From sequence record PZ019084.1: 64,000 nt of DNA, one strand, 5' to 3'. Below, one piece after another: positions 45,251 to 54,536 of the stretch (the first letter of the stretch is position 1; the number at the start of each line of letters is the position of its first letter). Under the pieces are notes generated by a model, which saw nothing but the letters and a program-made list of their open reading frames with translations, was not told the origin of the DNA and made no database searches. The DNA is from a phage. The translations under genes and the position numbers were made by a program.

Positions 45251-47515
45251 TCATAATTTACAGGATGAACAATCTTCAGCTTTTGGAGTTTCTATTTCAT
45301 AATCATCAGTACCGGAACCATCACGAGTATTATGATAATAGAAGTTTTTAATGCCATAATACCATCCGTATAGCATGTCATCAATCATTACAGACATTGG
45401 AACCTTTCCTTTTGGAAAAATCTGCGGGTCATAATATGTATTAGCTGAAGCTGATTGACATACCCATTTCAGCATAATAGCTACCTGCGTAAGATAAGGT
45501 TTATTGCCTTTCTTAGCTAATTTCCACGTATAATCATAGAGGTCTATGTTATGCTCAATATTGGGCACGACTTGATTAAAGGAACCCTCTTTTGATTCTT
45601 TAACAGAGACTGGTCCACGTGGAGGCTCGATACCGTTTGTACTGTTAGAAACTTGGGAAGATGACTCACATGGCATAAGTGCTGATAATGTGCTATTACG
45701 GATGCCAAAGAGCTTAAGGTCTTCCCGCAGCGACGACCAGTCACAAACGTATTTTGGAGCTGCGATTTGGTCAATCTTTTTATTGTACCAGTCGATAGGT
45801 AATTCGCCTCGAGACCAACGAGTGTCTGAATAATATTCGCAAGGTCCTTTTTCTTTGGCGAGCTTAATGGATGCTTTAATGAGTCCATACTGTAATCTCT
45901 CAAATAGTTCATGTGTTAAATCGTTAGCATCTTCATAAGAAGCAAAATTACTTGCCAACCAAGCTGCATAGTTAGTAACACCTACACCGAGATTTCGACG
46001 CTTTTTAGCTTTTTCTGCTTCAGGAACTGGATATCCTTGGTAATCCAAAAGATTATCAAGAGCACGAACTTGGACTTCTGCCAATTCGTTAATTTTATCT
46101 TGGTCTTGCCAATCGAAGTTATCTAACACAAATGCAGATAACGTACACAATCCAATTTCAGCATCAGGACTATTCACGTCATTTGTTGGAATAGCAATTT
46201 CACAACACAAGTTACTCTGACGAATAGGTGCCTTTTCACGAATAAATGGAGTATAGTTATTCGTATTATCAATGAACTGTACATAAATCCTTGCTGTTCC
46301 TGATCGTTCAGTCATGAGCAATTCAAACAGTTCACGGGCTTTAATGCGCTTTTTACGAATATTAGGGTCTTTTTCTGCGGCTTCGTACAATTCACGGAAA
46401 CGGTCTTGGTCTTTAAAATAAGAATAATAAAGTTCGCCACCCATTTCATGTGGACTGAACAGAGTAATGTAGTCGTTCTTTCCAAAACGTTCCATCATCA
46501 AATCATTCAGCTGGACGCCATAATCCATATGACGGATACGGTTTTCTTCTACACCTTTGTTATTTTTCAAAACGAGAAGATTTTCAACTTCCAAATGCCA
46601 AATAGGATAATAAGCAGTAGCAGCGCCGCCACGAATTCCGCCTTGTGAACATGATTTAACAGCAGTCTGAAAATGTTTCCAAAAAGGAATAACACCAGTA
46701 TGACGCACTTCACCTGTGCCAATCTTAGAACCTTCAGCACGAATCATACCAACGTTAATGCCAATTCCAGCGCGTTTGGAGATATATTCAACAATTGAAG
46801 CAGAAGCCTTATTGATAGACTTCAGCGAATCACCTGCTTCAATAACAACGCATGAACTAAACTGTCGAGTTGGAGTACGACAACCAGCCATAATAGGAGT
46901 TGGTAATGAAATCTGTCGAGTAGATACCGCTTCATAAAAACGAATAACGTGTTTTAGTCTATCAACAGGTTCATCTTGATGCAGTGCCATTCCAATAGTC
47001 ATAAATGCAAACTGTGGAGTTTCATAAATTTGACCAGTGGTTTTATCTTTAACTAGATATTTTTCTTTTAATTGCATCGCCCCGGAATAAGTAAATTCCA
47101 TATCCCGCTCGTGCTTAATTTTTGATTCTAAAAATGTAATTTCTTCTGCTGAATATTTTGACAACAATTCAGGGTCATATTTACCTTCATTTACACAGTA
47201 AGAAATATGGTCAATAAATGAACGTGGTTCATATTGTCCGTAAACATGCTTACGAAGAGCAAACATTAAACAGCGAGCGGCTACGTATTGATAATCAGGC
47301 TCTTCAACTGAAATAGAATTCGCAGCAGCCTTAATTACAATGGTTTGAATGTCATCAGTTGTCATTCCATCACGGAGATATGATTTAATATTTTCATATA
47401 ATTCATAAGGATCTACAGATGTTCCTTCGGCTGCCCAAGATAAAACTTTAATAATTTTTTGCGGGTCAAAGCTCTGAGAAACACCACTACTTTTGATAAC
47501 ATTAATTAATTGCAT
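45251..47515 (-). CDS. nrdA: ribonucleotide reductase alpha subunit, 754 aa
   Basis: Class Ia R1 with the active-site NLCCEI and a C-terminal CSSCKL redox pair. Length matches T4 NrdA. Confidence 0.96.
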   Translation of the reverse strand: MQLINVIKSSGVSQSFDPQKIIKVLSWAAEGTSVDPYELYENIKSYLRDGMTTDDIQTIVIKAAANSISVEEPDYQYVAARCLMFALRKHVYGQYEPRSFIDHISYCVNEGKYDPELLSKYSAEEITFLESKIKHERDMEFTYSGAMQLKEKYLVKDKTTGQIYETPQFAFMTIGMALHQDEPVDRLKHVIRFYEAVSTRQISLPTPIMAGCRTPTRQFSSCVVIEAGDSLKSINKASASIVEYISKRAGIGINVGMIRAEGSKIGTGEVRHTGVIPFWKHFQTAVKSCSQGGIRGGAATAYYPIWHLEVENLLVLKNNKGVEENRIRHMDYGVQLNDLMMERFGKNDYITLFSPHEMGGELYYSYFKDQDRFRELYEAAEKDPNIRKKRIKARELFELLMTERSGTARIYVQFIDNTNNYTPFIREKAPIRQSNLCCEIAIPTNDVNSPDAEIGLCTLSAFVLDNFDWQDQDKINELAEVQVRALDNLLDYQGYPVPEAEKAKKRRNLGVGVTNYAAWLASNFASYEDANDLTHELFERLQYGLIKASIKLAKEKGPCEYYSDTRWSRGELPIDWYNKKIDQIAAPKYVCDWSSLREDLKLFGIRNSTLSALMPCESSSQVSNSTNGIEPPRGPVSVKESKEGSFNQVVPNIEHNIDLYDYTWKLAKKGNKPYLTQVAIMLKWVCQSASANTYYDPQIFPKGKVPMSVMIDDMLYGWYYGIKNFYYHNTRDGSGTDDYEIETPKAEDCSSCKL

Positions 47516-47832
47516 AAGTCCTCAACTTGAAAATCGTCTTTAAACAATCGGTTAACTATATGAGCTATTATATCACCATGACACGGCTTTGGTTTACATG
47601 TGCATCCTAGCCTCATTCCACGTAAAGGCTCTAAATGTGCTTTAGTTATTTCTCCGGATTTAATTCGACGTATAAAATCTTTTTTGAATAATTCAATGGC
47701 AGCCTCCCGGCTGCCAGCATCTTTACCGACGTAATTTCCCCAAAATGTACCACGGTGAATATTAACATCAAAGTCGGATTTATATTTATTCACTACCTGG
47801 CATAGACGGCCCGCGCGGTAATAATTCTTCAT
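47506..47832 (-). CDS. nrdA.1: DUF4326-like protein, 108 aa
   Basis: HRGTFWGN and [15 protein letters not shown] signatures. Overlaps the nrdA start. Confidence 0.7.
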   Translation of the reverse strand: MKNYYRAGRLCQVVNKYKSDFDVNIHRGTFWGNYVGKDAGSREAAIELFKKDFIRRIKSGEITKAHLEPLRGMRLGCTCKPKPCHGDIIAHIVNRLFKDDFQVEDLCN

Positions 47833-48061
47833 ATTGTTGTTCCGTTAAAACAGTAATATCATAGTAGCAATCAGAAGAAGTTTTAACTGTGGAAATTTTA
47901 TTATCAAAATACTCACGAGTCATTTTATGAGTATAATACTTTTTACCATAAATGATAATAGGTTGTTCTGGTCCTGGAACTTCTAACTCGCTTGGATTAG
48001 GAAGTGTAAAAAGAACGACACCAGAAGTATCCTTAAATCGTAAAATCATATATCCTCTCAA
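47786..48061 (-). CDS. nrdA.2: hypothetical protein, 91 aa
   Basis: ORF downstream of td. Its 3' end overlaps the nrdA.1 start by 47 nt. Confidence 0.6.
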   Translation of the reverse strand: MRGYMILRFKDTSGVVLFTLPNPSELEVPGPEQPIIIYGKKYYTHKMTREYFDNKISTVKTSSDCYYDITVLTEQQYEELLPRGPSMPGSE

Positions 48062-48072
48062 TTAAATTAAAA

Positions 48073-48933
48073 TTACACCGCCATCTTTCCTTTCAAGACA
48101 CCGTGGGACTGATAATCTTTGAGAACGAAATCCCGTGCTGTCATATATTCAGTTAACCAATACATTTGAGTTTCAGTATCGCATTGACTGAATCCATTAG
48201 GCCAATTAATACTAAGTTTGCATAGATCCATAGGAGTTCTATTTAATATCTCTTTGCATTGCTCAATATGGTTAGAATAAATGTGTGTATTACCACCCGA
48301 GAATACCAAATCGCCCGGAACTAGTTCACACATGTCAGCAACAATATGTAAAAGAGCAGCATAACTCGCGATGTTAAATGGAAGACCGAGGAAAACATCT
48401 ACCGAACGTTGATACCATTGTAGGTCAAGGTATCCGTTACGCACATTAAACTGATAGAACATATGACAAGGTGGTAATGCCATCTGCTTGAGTTCAGCTG
48501 GATTCCATGCCGACACAATTTGACGTCTATCATTGGGAAATGTTTTAATACGATTAACAACTTCTACAATTTGATCTACACCACCAAAATCACGCCACTG
48601 TTTTCCGTAAATTGGACCAAGTTCACCACTATGATAACCTAAGTCTTTGGCCTGGTTTTCGTAGTTTTCATCCCAAATTGTTTTTCCTGCAATTAAAGAC
48701 CCATGAGTACGTTGACGTAAATCATTTACGTTAGTACTTCCTGATAAGAACCACAATAACTCAGAAATACATGCATTCCAGGCGAGCTTCTTAGTCGTTA
48801 CTGCAGGAAAACCTTTAGTTAAATCCCAGCGTAATTTAGTACCGAACAAAGCAATTGTTCCTGTGCCTGTTCGGTCATCAGTTTCATAGCCATTTTCAAA
48901 AATGTCTTTAATTAAATCTTGGTATTGTTTCAT
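48073..48933 (-). CDS. td: thymidylate synthase, uninterrupted 286 aa
   Basis: Active-site LPPCH and a full-length TS in one ORF, with no intron. Confidence 0.96.
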   Translation of the reverse strand: MKQYQDLIKDIFENGYETDDRTGTGTIALFGTKLRWDLTKGFPAVTTKKLAWNACISELLWFLSGSTNVNDLRQRTHGSLIAGKTIWDENYENQAKDLGYHSGELGPIYGKQWRDFGGVDQIVEVVNRIKTFPNDRRQIVSAWNPAELKQMALPPCHMFYQFNVRNGYLDLQWYQRSVDVFLGLPFNIASYAALLHIVADMCELVPGDLVFSGGNTHIYSNHIEQCKEILNRTPMDLCKLSINWPNGFSQCDTETQMYWLTEYMTARDFVLKDYQSHGVLKGKMAV

Positions 48934-48977
48934 TTAGTACCTTATATAAATTATAATACATTTTATGAAGCTAATAA

Positions 48978-49325
48978 TCAATACGGTTTAGCATCAAATT
49001 TTCTTTCGATTTCAGGAGTAAAATATAATTCTTTACCACGTTTGGAAAAACGACCAATAATATGATAATTATTCTCATCAAACGTGATATTGCCGATATC
49101 CATAGCTTTCAACCAAATATCGATATTTCTGTCAAGCTTTATATCAAAATTCCAATACGGAGAACTGTTACCAAAAATACTGCAAGCGGATTCAGTGAAA
49201 CAACTGCTATAAATTTTGTCTTTAGGAACTACTAATTGATAGACGCCTTTAATAAACTGAGGACCCTGCCATTTTGGTTGTTTTGCGTCTTTTTCTAATA
49301 GAATAGGATAATAATTAAAGTTCAT
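48978..49325 (-). CDS. hypothetical 115-aa protein inserted between frd and td
   Basis: Clean, AT-rich ORF with flanking short spacers. No motif recognised. Confidence 0.55.
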   Translation of the reverse strand: MNFNYYPILLEKDAKQPKWQGPQFIKGVYQLVVPKDKIYSSCFTESACSIFGNSSPYWNFDIKLDRNIDIWLKAMDIGNITFDENNYHIIGRFSKRGKELYFTPEIERKFDAKPY

Positions 49326-49344
49326 ATTTCCGCCACGCGTTATT

Positions 49345-50171
<827 letters not shown>

Positions 50172-50181
50172 ATTATTTTCC

Positions 50182-50424
50182 TTAAACAGACTTTTTCACA
50201 ATTTTCCAATCAGCTTTAAACTGATCAACGTCAGAATGATAAATCCAGAATCCTGCGCTTTCTCCATCCTCATAAAGAGGGCATCCATCGCATTCATCTT
50301 CCCATCCCATATCACGCAAAAGACGTTCAGCTTTTTCAACAAGTTCAGAATCTTTACCGATGATATTAAAATACCATTTACCTCTAACTTCTGAATCTTT
50401 AATGCTCTGACGTTGTAATCTCAT
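50182..50424 (-). CDS. frd.2: hypothetical protein, 80 aa
   Basis: ORF with a GGAGAA RBS, in synteny with T4. Confidence 0.65.
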   Translation of the reverse strand: MRLQRQSIKDSEVRGKWYFNIIGKDSELVEKAERLLRDMGWEDECDGCPLYEDGESAGFWIYHSDVDQFKADWKIVKKSV

Positions 50425-50449
50425 TTTATTCTCCTTAGTTTATAGGGTA

Positions 50450-50479
50450 ATAGTATCACACTACTACCCTTCTGTAAAC
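50450..50479 (-). promoter_or_regulatory. early promoter upstream of frd.2
   Basis: Minus strand reads GTTTAC-N18-TACTAT. Confidence 0.5.
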
Positions 50480-50844
50480 TACTTTTTGAAAGTTTTTCGC
50501 AAAAGTTCAATGATTTCATCTACATTGTTTTCGTCTACAATGCAGTGAATTTTTGTTACGCCAGAAACCTTGTCTTCGATTTCATCTTCTTCAGAAGTCG
50601 GTTCTTTATACTCACGAAAACAATGAAATTCATCTTCGCAGACGTTGAAGTAAAAATGCTTTCCATTGGCGCATTCTACGTGTTTTACTACTTTAAATCC
50701 ATCAGCAAAGAAAACTTCTTTAACTTCAAACCATCCGCCATTTTCTTGAATAGCTTTAACTATTAATGAATTAGAACGCGGGCGATAATTAATAAATGTA
50801 TCAATAAGTCTTGGAACAAGTTCGTACTTTTTATCAATATACAT
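50479..50844 (-). CDS. frd.3: hypothetical protein, 121 aa
   Basis: ORF with a GAGGAA RBS, in synteny with T4. Confidence 0.65.
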   Translation of the reverse strand: MYIDKKYELVPRLIDTFINYRPRSNSLIVKAIQENGGWFEVKEVFFADGFKVVKHVECANGKHFYFNVCEDEFHCFREYKEPTSEEDEIEDKVSGVTKIHCIVDENNVDEIIELLRKTFKK

Positions 50845-50888
50845 TATGTTTTCCTCATTTTAATAGGGGCTTGATAGCCCCTCGATAA

Positions 50889-51119
50889 TTACTGTTCAAT
50901 CAATCCCATGTAAAATTCTGCATCTTCAGCATCCATACCATCACAGTATTCATTAGCCATAAATCGTTCAAGAACTTCTAAAGGACCTTCAATAACAATA
51001 GAAAAATTGCAATAATTGGGATCATCATGAATACTTGTGATACTAAGTTCAGGATAACGATTACGAATAATTTCTTCAATATATTCAAAATCAACGATGT
51101 CAATATCAACTTTAGCCAT
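50889..51119 (-). CDS. hypothetical acidic protein, 76 aa
   Basis: ATG 51119 is preceded by an AAAGAGGA RBS. The track ORF starts 7 codons earlier. Confidence 0.55.
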   Translation of the reverse strand: MAKVDIDIVDFEYIEEIIRNRYPELSITSIHDDPNYCNFSIVIEGPLEVLERFMANEYCDGMDAEDAEFYMGLIEQ

Positions 51120-51162
51120 ATTGTTTTCCTCTTTAATCATCAGCAGTATTGCCGATAGTTGT

Positions 51163-51192
51163 ATAGTACCACAGTATGCTTTGGTTGTAAAC
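51163..51192 (-). promoter_or_regulatory. early promoter downstream of the gene 32 terminator
   Basis: Minus strand reads GTTTAC-N18-TACTAT. Confidence 0.5.
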
Positions 51193-51232
51193 CGTTTTGT
51201 GAAAAAAATTTTGAAATAAAAAGGGGACCTCT

Positions 51233-51251
51233 AGGGTCCCCAATTAATTAG
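51233..51251 (-). terminator. rho-independent terminator of gene 32
   Basis: Minus strand reads GGGGACC-ctaga-GGTCCCC, followed by a U-run. Confidence 0.75.
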
Positions 51252-51263
51252 TAATATAATCTA

Positions 51264-52172
51264 TTAAAGGTCATTCAAAAGGTCATCCAGGTCCGTGTCA
51301 TCAGCACTAGATGAACTGCCAGAGCTTGAGCTCATAAAATCATCTTCAGTTTTTGTTTTGAAGTCATCAACATTAAATGCATCCAAATCATCAGCAACTT
51401 TATCAGCTTTCTTAGCGGCAGTCGCTGCGGCACCACCCATAGCAGCAGTTCCCATAACTTGACTGAACTTAGTGCTCAATTCTTCAAACGATTTGAATTT
51501 ATCTTTAGAAGTCATTTCAGAAAGGTCAACCATTTGTTCGAACAGTTCTTTCTGGAAAGATTCATCATCAATGTTTGGAATCGCAGATTGATTCAGGAAT
51601 TTAGATTCGTCGTAGTTACTAAAACCAGAAACTTGTTTAACTTTCAGTACAAAGTTAGCACCTTCCCACGGACAAGTTACATCAACCGGAGTTTCACCCA
51701 TTTCAACATCAACTGCAATCATTGCATTGATTTTGTCCCAGATTTTCTTGCCGAAACGGTATTTAAATACTTTACCTTCATTTTCTGGAGCAGCTGGGTC
51801 TTTTACAACAAGAATGTTAGCCCAGTAAGAAGTTTTACGTTTAACAAGACCGTATTCTTTATTGTCAGTGTTGTACAAATCATTTTTATTGATGTACTGA
51901 CATACTGGGCAAGAATCGTAATCACCGTGGGTAGATGAACAGTTTTCAATATACCATTTACCGTTTTTCTTGAAACCGTGATTTACAAGAATTGCGAATG
52001 GTGCTTGTTCATCATTTTTAGACGGAAGAAAACGAATTACTGCTTGACCGTTACCCGCATTGTCGAGTTTCAGTTTCCACTCGCCTTTATCTTCAGAAGA
52101 AAAACCACCTTTATTTCCAGCCAGTTTAGCCATTTGTGCAGCGAGTTCAGCAGTAGATTTACGTTTAAACAT
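51264..52172 (-). CDS. 32: single-stranded DNA-binding protein, 302 aa
   Basis: Zinc site [14 protein letters not shown] and an acidic Ser/Asp-rich C-terminus. Sequence matches T4 gp32. Confidence 0.96.
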   Translation of the reverse strand: MFKRKSTAELAAQMAKLAGNKGGFSSEDKGEWKLKLDNAGNGQAVIRFLPSKNDEQAPFAILVNHGFKKNGKWYIENCSSTHGDYDSCPVCQYINKNDLYNTDNKEYGLVKRKTSYWANILVVKDPAAPENEGKVFKYRFGKKIWDKINAMIAVDVEMGETPVDVTCPWEGANFVLKVKQVSGFSNYDESKFLNQSAIPNIDDESFQKELFEQMVDLSEMTSKDKFKSFEELSTKFSQVMGTAAMGGAAATAAKKADKVADDLDAFNVDDFKTKTEDDFMSSSSGSSSSADDTDLDDLLNDL

Positions 52173-52238
52173 TTTTATTTCCTTTTTAATTTAATTAACA
52201 GTTGGTGCTATGACGATGTATGACCTCATAGCTGGTCA
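52173..52238 (-). promoter_or_regulatory. gene 32 autoregulatory translational operator (H-type pseudoknot plus A/U-rich tract)
   Basis: Minus strand has S1 TGACC (52238-52234) / GGTCA (52225-52221) and S2 GCTATGA (52232-52226) / TCATAGC (52213-52207). An AU-rich leader then runs to the ATG. This matches the known T4 gene 32 mRNA pseudoknot. Confidence 0.8.
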
Positions 52239-52255
52239 GTGAGATAATTATAATC

Positions 52256-52263
52256 TATTTATA
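52256..52263 (-). promoter_or_regulatory. late promoter TATAAATA upstream of gene 32
   Basis: Exact TATAAATA on the minus strand in the 59-32 spacer. Confidence 0.55.
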
Positions 52264-52271
52264 ATAAGCAA

Positions 52272-52925
52272 TTAATACTTACAAGATTTCACAGTTTCAA
52301 TGAAAACATTTTTAGCTTTTTGTGAATCAATATTTAAAATTTTTCTATAAGCCTTTAACTTTATAGAATAATTATTCCAGACTAAATTATCAGTCTGTTC
52401 ATCATGTTTATCAATTATATTTAAAAACGAATCAAGCAAGATAAACGTCTCAAACGAAATTATATTCGATTGAAGTAGTTTAAAAATATAACTTGATTGA
52501 ACTTTTGGATTATATTCAAAAATTTCTTTAAAAGCAGAAACTTCAACTTTTTTACTAAAATAATAAATGTTGCGAATATCTTCTTCAAACTTAAATTTAA
52601 TTTGCTTTAAGCGTCCGATATATTCACGATAAAACACAAGTGCATCAGCGTCAGAGATGTCACCAATCCAAGCATCTTGGTTAGCAACCAGATTGCTTAT
52701 AAAGATTAAAGCAAGTTCCTTTAATTTATATTTTTCTGATAACTTCTGGAAAAAATACTTATCCCTTCGCTTTTGATAAGCGGCATCAGACACCCGCATG
52801 CACCAATTATACTTAATTACATCATACTTTCCATTCATATGTTGTTTTATCATTAAGTATAATTTATAAACTGATTTACCATCAATGTATCTTTCACCAC
52901 CAGCAGGCATGCGGAGTTTAATCAT
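52272..52925 (-). CDS. 59: helicase (gp41) loader, 217 aa
   Basis: Length and sequence match T4 gp59. Confidence 0.92.
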   Translation of the reverse strand: MIKLRMPAGGERYIDGKSVYKLYLMIKQHMNGKYDVIKYNWCMRVSDAAYQKRRDKYFFQKLSEKYKLKELALIFISNLVANQDAWIGDISDADALVFYREYIGRLKQIKFKFEEDIRNIYYFSKKVEVSAFKEIFEYNPKVQSSYIFKLLQSNIISFETFILLDSFLNIIDKHDEQTDNLVWNNYSIKLKAYRKILNIDSQKAKNVFIETVKSCKY

Positions 52926-53260
52926 AATAGAAAATCTAATGTATTAGTTTTTTCACAACGAACAACAGAAGGACGTAAAAGATTTTCGTCGATAGCTTCT
53001 GACTGAATTTTTTCAATTATACCCGAAGGAATAAATTTAGCAAATTGAGTTTCAGGAATAGAATTTTCTTCTAAGAATGCTGTTGTAGCTTCAAGATAAC
53101 TCATTCCAAACTCTTCTACCATTTTTTCAATAATAAATCCATTTTCTTGACGGTCAAGAAGCTTTGCTATTTCATCCTTTTCTTTCTTAATTGAAAGTTC
53201 TTTTTCTGAAAGACCGGTCTCATCGACCGGACGAATATCATTTAGAGAAAACTGTGTCAT
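52922..53260 (-). CDS. 33: late-transcription co-activator, 112 aa
   Basis: MTQFSLNDIRPVDETG... matches the T4 gp33 length. The track ORF starts 3 codons earlier. Confidence 0.9.
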   Translation of the reverse strand: MTQFSLNDIRPVDETGLSEKELSIKKEKDEIAKLLDRQENGFIIEKMVEEFGMSYLEATTAFLEENSIPETQFAKFIPSGIIEKIQSEAIDENLLRPSVVRCEKTNTLDFLL

Positions 53261-53507
53261 AAAGTTCAACTACCTCTTCAGTTTCAGCTTCAAACACATC
53301 ACGGTTATCTTTATGATACAAAGCTAACAGACGATTAAACATCTTACCATCAACGCCAAGTTCATCTTTGGCACGAATTCGAATATCTTTAATCAATTCA
53401 TTATAACCAGAAATTTTCAGTTTATGGTCAGATGCTTCTTTAATAAATTTAGCTAAGTCTTCGCCATGGATAGCTTCATCAAATTCAACCATTTCTTTTT
53501 TAGCCAT
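53238..53507 (-). CDS. dsbA: dsDNA-binding protein, late transcription enhancer, 89 aa
   Basis: Length and position match T4 DsbA. Confidence 0.88.
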   Translation of the reverse strand: MAKKEMVEFDEAIHGEDLAKFIKEASDHKLKISGYNELIKDIRIRAKDELGVDGKMFNRLLALYHKDNRDVFEAETEEVVELYDTVFSK

Positions 53508-53515
53508 TATTCACC

Positions 53516-54433
53516 TCAAAATTCATTAATGCTATTAGTTAATTTAGAAAGACCCGCTTTTACAAAATATGAATAAATTTTGCCACGCGGTGGTAATTTA
53601 TATGAATTATAGTAATTCACAATGTTTGAAGCAATATTATCAGGAATATAATCAAAATCAATTAGAACTAAATTTTCTTTATAACGATTATATTCAGATT
53701 CAGTGAGAAGCACCTTAGCTTGCTCACGGTCATTAGCAATAGCTTCAACAATAGAGGTTTTCATTGAAGGAGTTCGTTCACCTTCAACTCTAGTAAACCA
53801 AAAATCAGATCGTACTTTAACTGAAGCAACGTTATCCTTTTTGTCGCCTTTAAGGATTTTAGTCATACAGTCAATTTCAGCAGAACCGCTTTTAATTTTA
53901 ACCCATTTCTTATGCATCGGTGACCATTGCTTAACATTTGGATATTTGTGAAGTTGAGTAAAGTCACCATCCGATGAAATGATTAAAATCTTATGTCCTT
54001 CTAAAGAGAACTTTTTAACAAGAACAGCAATGTGGTCATCTGCTTCATACTTATCAATATCCATAACAATGTATGGCATATAAGCTTTCAATTCATCTAT
54101 AACTTTATGGCTGGATTCAAAATAACCTTCCCAGTCCCAAGTAGATTCTTCTCGTGCTTTTCCGCGGTTTTTCTTATAATAATAAGCGAAATCACGACGC
54201 CAGTATCCAGATTTCGCGTTATCAATACACAATACAATTTTAGTGTATCCAAGAGTTTTTGCTTTTTTGACATTAAACTTAATTGAGTTCAATATCAAAT
54301 GACGAACCATTGATAAATTAATTTTTTCTTTATCTGGGAAGTTTACTAAAGCGGTTGAAAGCGCAATTTGACTAAAGTCAATTAAGCAGATTCCTTCTTT
54401 GTAATCTTCATCCAGCATCATTTCTAAATCCAT
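53516..54433 (-). CDS. rnh: RNase H / 5'-3' flap exonuclease, 305 aa
   Basis: MDLEMMLDEDYKEGICLIDFSQ... is FEN-family. Length matches T4 Rnh. The track ORF starts 5 codons earlier. Confidence 0.93.
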   Translation of the reverse strand: MDLEMMLDEDYKEGICLIDFSQIALSTALVNFPDKEKINLSMVRHLILNSIKFNVKKAKTLGYTKIVLCIDNAKSGYWRRDFAYYYKKNRGKAREESTWDWEGYFESSHKVIDELKAYMPYIVMDIDKYEADDHIAVLVKKFSLEGHKILIISSDGDFTQLHKYPNVKQWSPMHKKWVKIKSGSAEIDCMTKILKGDKKDNVASVKVRSDFWFTRVEGERTPSMKTSIVEAIANDREQAKVLLTESEYNRYKENLVLIDFDYIPDNIASNIVNYYNSYKLPPRGKIYSYFVKAGLSKLTNSINEF

Positions 54434-54494
54434 ATGAACCTCGTTCAATTAGTGAGATTTCTATTATATACCATCCAATCTTAAAGTAAACAAG

Positions 54495-54502
54495 TATAAA
54501 TA
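54495..54502 (+). promoter_or_regulatory. late promoter TATAAATA upstream of gene 34
   Basis: Exact TATAAATA 35 nt before ATG 54537. Confidence 0.65.
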
Positions 54503-54536
54503 CTTATTATTGAAAACACAATAGGAGCCCGGGAGA

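Noticed and set aside
43211-48933. Search for group I introns or intron-encoded endonucleases in nrdB and td
   Set aside because: Both genes translate as single full-length ORFs (389 and 286 aa) with no insertion.
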